Below are positions 18,707-27,427 of a stretch of DNA of 64,000 bases, in pieces. Origin of the DNA: a virus. The stretch is from positions 18,492 through 82,491 of the IMG/VR virus record IMGVR_UViG_3300021964_000036; one strand, given 5' to 3'. A model generated the notes under the pieces. That model was given only the letters and a program-made list of their open reading frames with translations. It did not search any database and had not been told where the DNA came from. Positions within the stretch are counted from its first letter, which is position 1. Every line of letters begins with the position of its first letter. The translations under genes and the position numbers were made by a program.

Positions 18707-19835
18707 CGTACTTATAGACGGAAATTACATATTCCACAAAACATTTGGGGTATTTGGTGGATATGGAAACAAAAATCCAATGGATATTCTTGGTACAGAA
18801 AGTGAACAATCCATGTTTATCCGTAAAATTTCTACGGACCTTACTTCATCTTTAAGATCTATTCCTACTGGGGGTAGGCTAGTCTTTACAGTAGATAGCA
18901 GAAGTTGGAGGAAGGATGTTGAGATCGAGGGTGGAGGATATAAATCCAATAGAGTTAGGGATGATGAGGTTGATTGGAGCGTATTTTTTAACCTCTTAAA
19001 TTCTTATGGCGAACATTTAGAAGACATGGGATTTGTATTTTCTAAGGTCAATGGAGCTGAGGGTGATGACCTTCTTTACTTCTGGGCTGATTATTTAAAC
19101 ACAAAGGGAGAAAATTGCATTATAATATCTGGTGATAAGGATTTACACCAACTTGCCAGGTGGAATAAAAATAACTGGACAATTGTCTGGAATGCTAATT
19201 CGAAAAACAATATTCTCTCCGTTCCGCGGGGGTGGGAAGATAAGTGGTTAAATAAATCATCGGAGGCTTCTATTTTTGATATGGGGAGCGTAATGGATCC
19301 GGATAAGGAGAAACTTAAGGAATTCAGTAAGAAGGTAGAAGTCAATGAGATTATCCCTAGGGATTTTGTGTTTATAAAAATGTTGGTTGGTGATAAAGGT
19401 GATGCTGTCCCTGGAATTTGGGAAGTCCAAAGTGGATCAAGGACTCAAAGAATTACACCGAAAAAAGCAGAGTCCGTTTTAGAATCCCTACAAACAACTG
19501 AATGGGCAACTTTGCCATTTTCGGATTTAATAGAAAATAATGATTTCTTAGAATGGACAGCAGGATATTGCCTAAGATTACTCAAGGACATTGATAATAA
19601 GGAAAATAGGGAAAAGGCTGCTAGTAATTTAAAAAGAAACTATCAGCTAATGTGGCTTGATAAAACAGTAATACCGACAGGAGTAATAGAAGGAACTTTG
19701 GAGGAATTAAAGAGAGGAATATCTCTGCCAAAAAAATCTATAACTCTTGATAGGGTAAAAATTATAGAGGGCACCAGCTGGGTAAGCTCACAAGGTGCTC
19801 CTAGTCAATTTGACCCATTTAAAGATTTTAACTAA
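18699..19835 (+). CDS. rnh: 5'-3' exonuclease / T4 RNase H-like flap nuclease
   Basis: LIDGN, SWRK, YK.NR, AEGDD, ISGDKDL.QL, L.GDKGD.VPG. Confidence 0.9.
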   Translation: MINVLIDGNYIFHKTFGVFGGYGNKNPMDILGTESEQSMFIRKISTDLTSSLRSIPTGGRLVFTVDSRSWRKDVEIEGGGYKSNRVRDDEVDWSVFFNLLNSYGEHLEDMGFVFSKVNGAEGDDLLYFWADYLNTKGENCIIISGDKDLHQLARWNKNNWTIVWNANSKNNILSVPRGWEDKWLNKSSEASIFDMGSVMDPDKEKLKEFSKKVEVNEIIPRDFVFIKMLVGDKGDAVPGIWEVQSGSRTQRITPKKAESVLESLQTTEWATLPFSDLIENNDFLEWTAGYCLRLLKDIDNKENREKAASNLKRNYQLMWLDKTVIPTGVIEGTLEELKRGISLPKKSITLDRVKIIEGTSWVSSQGAPSQFDPFKDFN

Positions 19836-20260
19836 TGGAGCTATTTGACGTAATAAAAACAATATTCAAAAAGGATAAGGATTGGGACAAGGTTTCAAGG
19901 AATGATAAGGTAAGGAACTTTTTCATGATTAATAGAATCATGTCCGTGCAATTTCCAATTCAAGCACAACAATTTAATCACACAAAAGTTTTACCTAGAC
20001 CTGTTGTAGATTGGTGGCATGCTACCCTAAGCAAGCATTACACAAAGATGCCAGGATGGATTTTTACAAAAACTAAAAAATCCAAGAACAATACTGTTTC
20101 CACATTAGATTATGAAGCAGATCCCCTGGTTGAAAGATTCATACTCAATAGATTTGAAATCTCGAAGAGGGAGCTTTCTGACCTTAAGAAATTTTATCCT
20201 GAAAAATATAAGGAGTGGGTAGAATCCATTAAGGAGCAAATTGATATGACAAAGAAGTAA
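19835..20260 (+). CDS. possible clamp loader small subunit (gp62-like)
   Basis: LFD..K.I and FMINRIMS resemble gp62 family motifs. Confidence 0.45.
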   Translation: MELFDVIKTIFKKDKDWDKVSRNDKVRNFFMINRIMSVQFPIQAQQFNHTKVLPRPVVDWWHATLSKHYTKMPGWIFTKTKKSKNNTVSTLDYEADPLVERFILNRFEISKRELSDLKKFYPEKYKEWVESIKEQIDMTKK

Positions 20261-20264
20261 GCTT

Positions 20265-20272
20265 GATATATA
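20265..20272 (+). promoter_or_regulatory. putative late promoter in a hairpin loop
   Basis: GATATATA flanked by TAAGCT and AGCTTA. Confidence 0.6.
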
Positions 20273-20299
20273 GCTTATACTTTCCCTAATTGATTTAAT

Positions 20300-20842
20300 A
20301 TGAGACAAGACTTTAGAAAGCTTATAGACAAGGTACTTCAAAGCTTAGATTGGGATACAATTTACGAAATACACAAAACATTCAAATTCGGTATTGGTGA
20401 AGGAAGTGAGGTAATTCCAGGTTTAAAAAGAAAGATATACAGTGAACAACTCACTAAAAATGACGTCAAGAACGAGCTTAAAGCCCTTTTAAGGTTCGTC
20501 ATAAACAATGACATTTCTAAATTTTCTTACGGGCCTTGGATGCTGCTTTGGTTTAATCAGGACTGGGACATTATTTTTGAGGATCCTGAAATGGATGAGA
20601 TGACAGAGGCAGAGATGGACGAATTCAAGGTAGACTCTAAATTGGAGGTTTTATTTGCCCCTCAGAGAATATGTTTAAGTGTTGACGCAAGGCCTGAACA
20701 GAAAGGGGATGAGCTCTCAAATGAGGAAATGATACTAACCAAGATGCTGAAGAAAGCTTTGAAGTCAGAAAATTACGAGCTTGCTGGTAAAATACAGGAG
20801 GTGCTGGATTCAAATAATTCTGAGTCCACTACAGATAAATAG
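20300..20842 (+). CDS. hypothetical protein with C-terminal UvrB/UvrC (UVR) coiled-coil motif
   Basis: LKKALKSENYELAGKIQEVL. Confidence 0.65.
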   Translation: MRQDFRKLIDKVLQSLDWDTIYEIHKTFKFGIGEGSEVIPGLKRKIYSEQLTKNDVKNELKALLRFVINNDISKFSYGPWMLLWFNQDWDIIFEDPEMDEMTEAEMDEFKVDSKLEVLFAPQRICLSVDARPEQKGDELSNEEMILTKMLKKALKSENYELAGKIQEVLDSNNSESTTDK

Positions 20843-20860
20843 ATAAAATAAATCCTTCTT

Positions 20861-21343
20861 TTGAGGTATATTAAAACCATAAACGAATTTTTTGATACTG
20901 GGGTATTTGGCGATACCTATGGATATGGTGGTGCTAATGGTATCTTCAAGGTCCAATATAAACCATATAAAGACCTTTCTGTGTCAGTGGGACCAGATCC
21001 TAATCAAAAAAGAACGGTAAGAGGTTCCCAGTTTCAGGTTGGTGATATTGTGATCGGGGTTCCAGTAGATTCAAAGGAAAAGGTAGCAGGAATGATAGTT
21101 CGTACTGAAAGAACCCCCGATAACAAGTCATATAAGTATTTTGCACAAGTGCATTCTAAGGGGAAGGATACTGAGGAAGTTTTAGAGCTAATTCCAGATA
21201 CCGTGGAATTTGCAGATAATGGTGATAAAGGTCATAAGCAAATTATATCTCATTTCAAGCTAGATACTATGCCTTCGGGTGTTTATAATTCACCAACAGT
21301 TTATAATAATACCAAACTTGGTATAGAAGCAATAGGAAGTTAG
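20861..21343 (+). CDS. putative head-internal protein with capsid-targeting-like leader and SH3/KOW-like domain
   Basis: N-terminus MRYIKTINEF; FQVGDIV; GATAAATA at 20834. Confidence 0.55.
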   Translation: MRYIKTINEFFDTGVFGDTYGYGGANGIFKVQYKPYKDLSVSVGPDPNQKRTVRGSQFQVGDIVIGVPVDSKEKVAGMIVRTERTPDNKSYKYFAQVHSKGKDTEEVLELIPDTVEFADNGDKGHKQIISHFKLDTMPSGVYNSPTVYNNTKLGIEAIGS

Positions 21344-21370
21344 AAACTTTCACCTCTTTGCCTGCTAAAA
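21343..21370 (+). promoter_or_regulatory. putative phage ECF-sigma promoter
   Basis: GAAAC-N17-CTAAAA. Confidence 0.6.
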
Positions 21371-21374
21371 CATA

Positions 21375-22256
21375 TTGATGATACTAGGCAGGAATCTTAA
21401 TCAAATAGGATATGTTAATCGAGAATCCTCTTCAACTGCGGAGGGGACTTTTCTTTTTGCACAGGGTGTACTAGATCTCATGAAGGATAATCATGAAAAG
21501 GGAATACCCGTTACCTGCATTGAAATTCCCCAAAATTTTAATAAATTGGATTTTTCTAGTATCGAGGAGGAAAGTAGGGAATCTGATGTTATTTGGTCAA
21601 CGTTCCAGTTTATAAAGTCTAATAGACATAGACTATTTTTCTTTCTCCCTAATTACTTCTTCCTTGGAAGTCAAATTGAGGGGGTGGTAGAAGAAAGTAA
21701 ATCTGTGATTACCGAACTCTCTACTTTTTTAGATCAAATTGGTGTAAAAGAAACTTCTATAATTCTTAGGATAGGTAGCGCATACGGAGCTAGGAAAACT
21801 ACGATGGAAAGGTTTTGTAAGGAGGTTAAGTCTCTTGGTGATACTGTTGTAGAGAAGCTTTCTGTTTGCAATGACGAGAAACCAAGTCTTTTCTCGGTGA
21901 CAGATCTTTTAAGCGGTGTTTTCTATTCTGCTGGCTTGCCAATAGTTTTCAGATTTCTACCTCACCAGTTTAACAGTGGTGGACTTTCCACAAGGGAAGC
22001 TTACTTCTTGGCTGTGTCTACGTGGGTTAAAGGGAAGGTACCTATCTTTATTCATTCTGAATCACGTGAAGTTGACGAAAATGGGGTTTCCCTCTCGCCG
22101 GTACCCTCAGATACATTGTTACATAGAATACCCACTTTTGGGTTAGAAATAGATGTTATCTTAGATATACCAAGTGGTCTTCAGGGATGCTTAGTTTATC
22201 TTGCTAATTATATTTCTCTCAGACCAATGGTAATCAATAAAGTTGGCAGAAAATAA
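21375..22256 (+). CDS. UvsE/UVDE-like TIM-barrel protein, apparently degenerate
   Basis: NDEK..FSV.DLL, LPIVF, GGLS..EA..LA..TW and HSES match UvsE, but the metal-binding His/Glu/Asp residues are substituted. Confidence 0.65.
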   Translation: MMILGRNLNQIGYVNRESSSTAEGTFLFAQGVLDLMKDNHEKGIPVTCIEIPQNFNKLDFSSIEEESRESDVIWSTFQFIKSNRHRLFFFLPNYFFLGSQIEGVVEESKSVITELSTFLDQIGVKETSIILRIGSAYGARKTTMERFCKEVKSLGDTVVEKLSVCNDEKPSLFSVTDLLSGVFYSAGLPIVFRFLPHQFNSGGLSTREAYFLAVSTWVKGKVPIFIHSESREVDENGVSLSPVPSDTLLHRIPTFGLEIDVILDIPSGLQGCLVYLANYISLRPMVINKVGRK

Positions 22257-22280
22257 TTTTTATTCAACGGCCTCTTTCCT

Positions 22281-22288
22281 TAGTTTTG
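22281..22288 (+). promoter_or_regulatory. Bacteroidota-type -7 element (TAnnTTTG)
   Basis: TAGTTTTG 14 nt before ATG 22303. Confidence 0.5.
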
Positions 22289-22302
22289 TATAAAATCTAA
22301 TT

Positions 22303-23097
22303 ATGCCAGAATTAGCGGAATTAAAGCTTACCTCTGACTATGTAAATGGAATATCGGAGGGAAAGGTATTTACACACATAAGTAAAAACCCAGATCACAA
22401 GTGGAAGGATGTAGATTTCGGTGGGTGTTTTACAATAAGATCGTTCAGCAGAGGAAAGGAGATAAAATTAGTTCTTTCTAGTACTGAATCAAACAGGTCC
22501 GATAATTTGATGATGACAATGGGTATGGGTGGTAACTTCCAGTGGGCTTCCAAGGGAGAAAGTATAAAGCACACACACTTATTTTTTCATTGCTTAGATG
22601 GTGGTCATTTAGCTTTTGTAGATATTAGAAGGTTTGGCAAATGGAAATGGGGAGACTGGAATAAGGATAGAGGTCCAGACCCAACAACCGAATACTTTCT
22701 ATTCTGTAATAATATTCTACAGAATCTGCACAAGCGTGCTTTTGATCGTCCCATTTATGAGGTTTTAATGAACCAGCGATATTTTAATGGAATTGGAAAT
22801 TATCTAAGGGCTGAGATTTTATTTAGGATACCTGACGAGAATCCTTTTGTTTCTGCACGAGATTACATTGAAAAAAACAAATGGAGGCTTTTTGAACTTT
22901 GCAGGAATATTCCTATAAAGGTTTATGAAATTGGTGGTGGTACTATAAAGGATTGGAAAAACCCATTTGGGGAAGTATCCTCCGTTTCTGATCTTATGTT
23001 GTGTTACGGAAATCCTTACATGCTAAAGATTGAGGACAGAGGGGGGAGAATGTTCTGGTATGACCCAAAATGGAAAAAAATAGAATATGATAGATAA
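22303..23097 (+). CDS. nei: Fpg/Nei family DNA glycosylase, NEIL1-like (zincless finger)
   Basis: N-terminal MPE, RGKE, FVDIRRFG.W, H2TH LMNQRYFNGIGNYLRAEIL; no Cys4 zinc finger. Confidence 0.92.
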   Translation: MPELAELKLTSDYVNGISEGKVFTHISKNPDHKWKDVDFGGCFTIRSFSRGKEIKLVLSSTESNRSDNLMMTMGMGGNFQWASKGESIKHTHLFFHCLDGGHLAFVDIRRFGKWKWGDWNKDRGPDPTTEYFLFCNNILQNLHKRAFDRPIYEVLMNQRYFNGIGNYLRAEILFRIPDENPFVSARDYIEKNKWRLFELCRNIPIKVYEIGGGTIKDWKNPFGEVSSVSDLMLCYGNPYMLKIEDRGGRMFWYDPKWKKIEYDR

Positions 23098-23794
23098 AAG
23101 AATTTTAGAGAATTGTCTCTTTTTAGATGTTGAGACTGCAACTGGCTGCCCTGATTTTGAAACCTTGTCCGAGGTGGATCCAAGATTAGCGGAACTTTGG
23201 AAAAAGAGGGCAAAATATTACAGAACTGCATACGAGGATATGAACGGTCTTGCTACTTCTGAAATTTATAAAGAAAAGGCAACCCTGGAGCCGGAATTTT
23301 CAAAGGTCGTTTGTGTGTCCTTTGGTGTTCAGCAGGAGAATGGACAGGTTCGTATGACTTCCTTTTATGGTGAGGACGAGGAAGATATTCTAAATAAGAC
23401 TGTCAAGGTCTTTAATAATGCTCTTGTTAAGAACATGAAGCTTGCTGGACATAACATAAAGGGGTTTGATATTCCCTGTCTCGGTAAGAGAATGATTTAC
23501 AAACTGAGTTCACCAGTTCTCCCACAAAATCTAGTTATTTGGGACAAAAAGCCATGGGAGATTCCTTATTTGGATACATCGGAGGTTTTCTCATTTGGTA
23601 GTTGGTCGCATCAAAAGTACCTTTCACTAGATCTTCTTGCTTGCTCTTTAGGAGTTGACTCTCCTAAGGGTGATATGGACGGATCTAAAGTTAGTGAAGC
23701 CTATTGGAATGATAGGGATTTTGAAAAGATTAAAGAATATTGTGAAAGGGATGTTCAAACTGTAATAGACGTCCTAAACAAAGTAGCAACATAG
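23087..23794 (+). CDS. PolB-related DEDD 3'-5' exonuclease
   Basis: LFLDVET, HNIKGFDIP, KPWE...DT, SPK.D.DGS.V, YCERDV. Confidence 0.88.
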   Translation: MIDKRILENCLFLDVETATGCPDFETLSEVDPRLAELWKKRAKYYRTAYEDMNGLATSEIYKEKATLEPEFSKVVCVSFGVQQENGQVRMTSFYGEDEEDILNKTVKVFNNALVKNMKLAGHNIKGFDIPCLGKRMIYKLSSPVLPQNLVIWDKKPWEIPYLDTSEVFSFGSWSHQKYLSLDLLACSLGVDSPKGDMDGSKVSEAYWNDRDFEKIKEYCERDVQTVIDVLNKVAT

Positions 23795-23818
23795 AATTTC
23801 CTTTTTCTATTTCCTTCT

Positions 23819-23859
23819 GGGATTGTTTGGATATATAAAGTCCAAATAATCCCTTTTTT
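23819..23859 (+). terminator. intrinsic terminator with late promoter GATATATA (23830-23837) at its loop
   Basis: GGGATTGTTTGGA / TCCAAATAATCCC stem plus T6, directly followed by the GTG start at 23860. Confidence 0.8.
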
Positions 23860-24651
23860 GTGGGCGCAGTTTTAGATTTTAGTAGATTTGTTTTAAACGA
23901 GGATAAGATTGGTTCTTTCTATAACGATGAACTAAATCCAAAGTTCTGGGACAAATACAAAAACAAGAATGGTGAAACCCAATGGGTCTTTGATAGGCTA
24001 GTAAGAAAAAAGTTGCTTAAGATAGCCGAAGACTTTTACGAAAAATATAGCGATCTATTAGGAGATCTTCCGATTGAGGATATACAACTCACTGGATCAT
24101 TAGCTAATTTTAACTATACTGATAAGTCGGATCTTGACGTTCATGTGCTCGTTGACTTCAATAAGGTAAAGTCAAAACCAGAAATGGTAAAAGCAGCAGT
24201 TGATGGAATTAGGTTTGTTTGGAATCTAAGACATGACGTTGTTATCAGAAATCATGATGTTGAGCTTTATCTCCAGAACATACACGAGCCACATACAGCT
24301 TCTGGTCTTTATTCTCTACTTAATGATAAGTGGATAAGAAAACCAAAGTTTGATCCGCCAGAGGTAGACGAACAAGATGTAAGAAAGAAGTTTGATGGAT
24401 TAGCATCTGAAATTAACCAAATGGAATCCAAACTTGTTACTTCTTCATCCCTTCCCAAGGATGCAAAGGAGATGTATAAAAGGCTTATTCGGTTAAAAGA
24501 AAAGATACAGAAAATGAGAAAAGACGGACTTTCCAAGGACGGAGAATTCTCGATAGGTAACCTCGCCTTCAAAATGCTGAGAAATGAGGGATATATAAGT
24601 AAGCTCATAGATTTAATTTCAAAAGCTTACGCTAGAATTTACTCGGAGTAA
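23860..24651 (+). CDS. Pol-beta superfamily nucleotidyltransferase with capsid-targeting-like leader
   Basis: LTGSLANFNYT.KSDLDVH (hG[GS]..DxD), third acid in DVELY; leader VLDFSRFVLNE. Confidence 0.8.
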   Translation: MGAVLDFSRFVLNEDKIGSFYNDELNPKFWDKYKNKNGETQWVFDRLVRKKLLKIAEDFYEKYSDLLGDLPIEDIQLTGSLANFNYTDKSDLDVHVLVDFNKVKSKPEMVKAAVDGIRFVWNLRHDVVIRNHDVELYLQNIHEPHTASGLYSLLNDKWIRKPKFDPPEVDEQDVRKKFDGLASEINQMESKLVTSSSLPKDAKEMYKRLIRLKEKIQKMRKDGLSKDGEFSIGNLAFKMLRNEGYISKLIDLISKAYARIYSE

Positions 24652-24668
24652 AAACTTTAATTGAAAAT

Positions 24669-27362
24669 ATGTTACTAGTATTTAGAAAAGGACTGGACTA
24701 TAAAGGAAGCATGAACGGCCTTCCTGAAAACCAGGACGAGAACATTTTTCCCATAATGTCAATTCCACTTGATTTAGAGGGTGAAGAAACTGATCTTAAT
24801 GATTTCCAATGGTGGGCTTATACTGACAAGTGGAAGAAATGGTTGGATGCAAATCCAAGAGAATGGAAAGCTGAATCCCACGATGTTAGGTTTGATAAAG
24901 CTGAGCAAATTTTAGAGGCCATAGTAACTTCTAAAAATCCAGTTACTGAATATGTTTCTCATCAAGCTAAATCCTTATGGAACGAGGGTCAAGTTTCTTC
25001 GTTTGCGGATTATGTAAAAATATTGGAAGCAGAAGATTCTTCTGGGTCAAGAGAAGCAACAAAAAAGTTTATAAAACTAGGATATGCTATCGAAAAGCTT
25101 GCAAAAGAAGGCAAGCTTAAGGACATCTTAAATATGGATGATCTGGAGGAAGGTAAACAATATGCTGTAGTTGTTGACCCGATGACCGAGGAGGGAGATC
25201 CAGTTCAAGAGGCAAGGCAAGCTTTAAGACTAAAGAAAATTAGCGAGTCAACTGGTATCGTTGTAGCTGAGGTTGACTATAGCATTCCGTTAGGCGATGT
25301 GGAAGATACTAAGGATTTTATGGACAAGGTCGCAGAATTTGCTAAAGATGTAGCAATAGGCGGTGCAAGCCTTGCTGCTCTGTATGGTGTAGCTCAAGTG
25401 GCTGGAAGTCTTTACTTAGGATGGAGACTTTTAAAAGGAGCACGCGGTATTTATAGAAATTTTGGTAGAGCTAGGAGAATCCACGGAGCTATTTCAAGTG
25501 TAAGAGGTACAGCAGCACCTGCTTGGAACTCTGTCAGACAGTTTGCTACAAGAGCTTTTACTAGGAGAGCAGGGGCACAAGCAGTTGCAAATGCTGCTAG
25601 AATTACTTTGCCTTCTGGTGCATTTGTTGAGGGTGGATTAGCTTATTCTACAAGGGCAACTGGAAATGTATTATTAAAAGGTGCAGCAGCACAATCTACT
25701 AAAGCAGCAGCACAAAGACTAGTAGCTCAAGGTGGGGCAAGAGCGGCAACAGCAGTAGCCGGTAGAGCTGCTACAGCAGCTGGTGCAAGTTCACTCGTTG
25801 CTGCTGAAGCTTCTAATCCGGTTGGTTGGATTATAGCAGCAGCATCTGTAATAGGTTCTGGAATTAATCAACTATGGAATTGGTATAGTGATAAACAAGC
25901 ACCTAGGTACGGTGAAGTTGAGGACTTTGCGTATGGTAGTTTTAATCCTAAAAATATACCGGTTGGAAAATCGATCACTGTTTGTTGGACAAGCGACGGT
26001 GGAGGTGGCGGATGGGGATTCGTTATGGATCTGTTGACTTTTTCTAAGGATGATACTAGGACAACTATGGAATTAGTCAAGCTTGGTGAGTTTAATGATA
26101 GATCGGTCTTTGTGATGCTTCAGGTAAACTCTGAAATGTTTGAAAAGACAATGAAGGATAATGACCTTATACTTCTTTCCTTTGCCAACAACGATTCTTT
26201 TGAAAGAGGAACATTTGATAACGATGATTTGGAATTCCAAACTATTATTATACCAGATGTGTCTGAACTTACAATTGCTACATCATTTGTGGGTTATTCA
26301 ACATGGGATGAAATGAAAGAGGCATATAAAGCAAGTCCAGACAGTCCTATTTACGTACCAAGCGGAGCAAGAAAGGACTACCAATTCCACTACACCGATG
26401 CGGACGGAAACGACGTAAATGTAACAGGAACACTCGTAAATGAAAATGAAATAAGCGATACAGTCTTACAGGATTTAGTTCCAGGTGCAGCTGGTGCTGT
26501 TGATGAATCTGCTACTTCTGGTCTAGATTACTCACACTTAGTAAACGAAAGTAAGGTCCTATCATTCAAGGACTTCTCAATTAGAACTAATCCTATAATG
26601 GAAGAAGACGCTGCCAATGCGGAGGATGCTGAAAATACAGAAAATGCAGAGGGTGCTGAATCTGCAGAAGAGAATACTTATGAGGACGATTTACTAACCT
26701 CTGTTTCTGCTGCATCTGCTTTGGAGGCAGAGTACAGTCAAATCCCAGTGTTAGCATATAGGGTTAATACAATAAGTTTTGTTGACCCAACTGTTAATGA
26801 GAACGTTGATCAATTCAACTACTTTATAATTGGTGAGCAAAGTATGGATCCTAAGATAAATCAGCCAATCTTAGTTGAATCCGCTTCCGAAGCTGGTATT
26901 GAAGATCCAAGATTTGGTTTAAAAACTTATGTCCCACCTGCACCCGAAGAGGATGATAAGGATGAAGAAGCCCCAGAGGTTGAAGACACTGAAGTAATCG
27001 ACATTGAAGGGGTGGATGAGCCATCTTCAAAATCTGTACAAACTGCTAGGGGTGATGTCCAGATCAAAAGTAAAACAGGTTCTTTAACAATTAAAGATAG
27101 AGATATGGAAGGTGGCATAAACATCTTTGATGAATTTGCTACAAGTGATCTTAAGAAAGACCTAAACATAGGAGATTGGAAAAACATCACTAGTGTGAGA
27201 GTCAGATACGATAAAGACGAGGAACCAATTAAGGTAGTGCTTAAAAATAGGTTCGCTAAAGCTGGTGATAAAAGAAGGGTAATCAGAAAAGGAGAGCAAG
27301 GATTTGATTCAGCTCTAAGTTTTGCTGAAACCGTAGAAGGGGGTATATCTTTCTCCGGATAA
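24669..27362 (+). CDS. large late protein with Ala/Gly-rich hydrophobic core (putative ejected or membrane-inserting head protein)
   Basis: GATATATA at 24590; hydrophobic GGASLAALYGVAQVAG and SNPVGWIIAAASVIGSGI segments; internal SFxD(F/Y) motifs. Confidence 0.55.
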   Translation: MLLVFRKGLDYKGSMNGLPENQDENIFPIMSIPLDLEGEETDLNDFQWWAYTDKWKKWLDANPREWKAESHDVRFDKAEQILEAIVTSKNPVTEYVSHQAKSLWNEGQVSSFADYVKILEAEDSSGSREATKKFIKLGYAIEKLAKEGKLKDILNMDDLEEGKQYAVVVDPMTEEGDPVQEARQALRLKKISESTGIVVAEVDYSIPLGDVEDTKDFMDKVAEFAKDVAIGGASLAALYGVAQVAGSLYLGWRLLKGARGIYRNFGRARRIHGAISSVRGTAAPAWNSVRQFATRAFTRRAGAQAVANAARITLPSGAFVEGGLAYSTRATGNVLLKGAAAQSTKAAAQRLVAQGGARAATAVAGRAATAAGASSLVAAEASNPVGWIIAAASVIGSGINQLWNWYSDKQAPRYGEVEDFAYGSFNPKNIPVGKSITVCWTSDGGGGGWGFVMDLLTFSKDDTRTTMELVKLGEFNDRSVFVMLQVNSEMFEKTMKDNDLILLSFANNDSFERGTFDNDDLEFQTIIIPDVSELTIATSFVGYSTWDEMKEAYKASPDSPIYVPSGARKDYQFHYTDADGNDVNVTGTLVNENEISDTVLQDLVPGAAGAVDESATSGLDYSHLVNESKVLSFKDFSIRTNPIMEEDAANAEDAENTENAEGAESAEENTYEDDLLTSVSAASALEAEYSQIPVLAYRVNTISFVDPTVNENVDQFNYFIIGEQSMDPKINQPILVESASEAGIEDPRFGLKTYVPPAPEEDDKDEEAPEVEDTEVIDIEGVDEPSSKSVQTARGDVQIKSKTGSLTIKDRDMEGGINIFDEFATSDLKKDLNIGDWKNITSVRVRYDKDEEPIKVVLKNRFAKAGDKRRVIRKGEQGFDSALSFAETVEGGISFSG

Positions 27363-27393
27363 AAAAACGTCAAATTTTCTGAAAAAGAAAATC

Positions 27394-27406
27394 GATATAT
27401 AAAGTT
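27394..27406 (+). promoter_or_regulatory. putative late promoter GATATATA(AAGTT)
   Basis: Upstream of the protease gene; an identical 13-mer occurs at 28051. Confidence 0.7.
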
Positions 27407-27427
27407 AAATAATAGTAAAGTCAAGAA

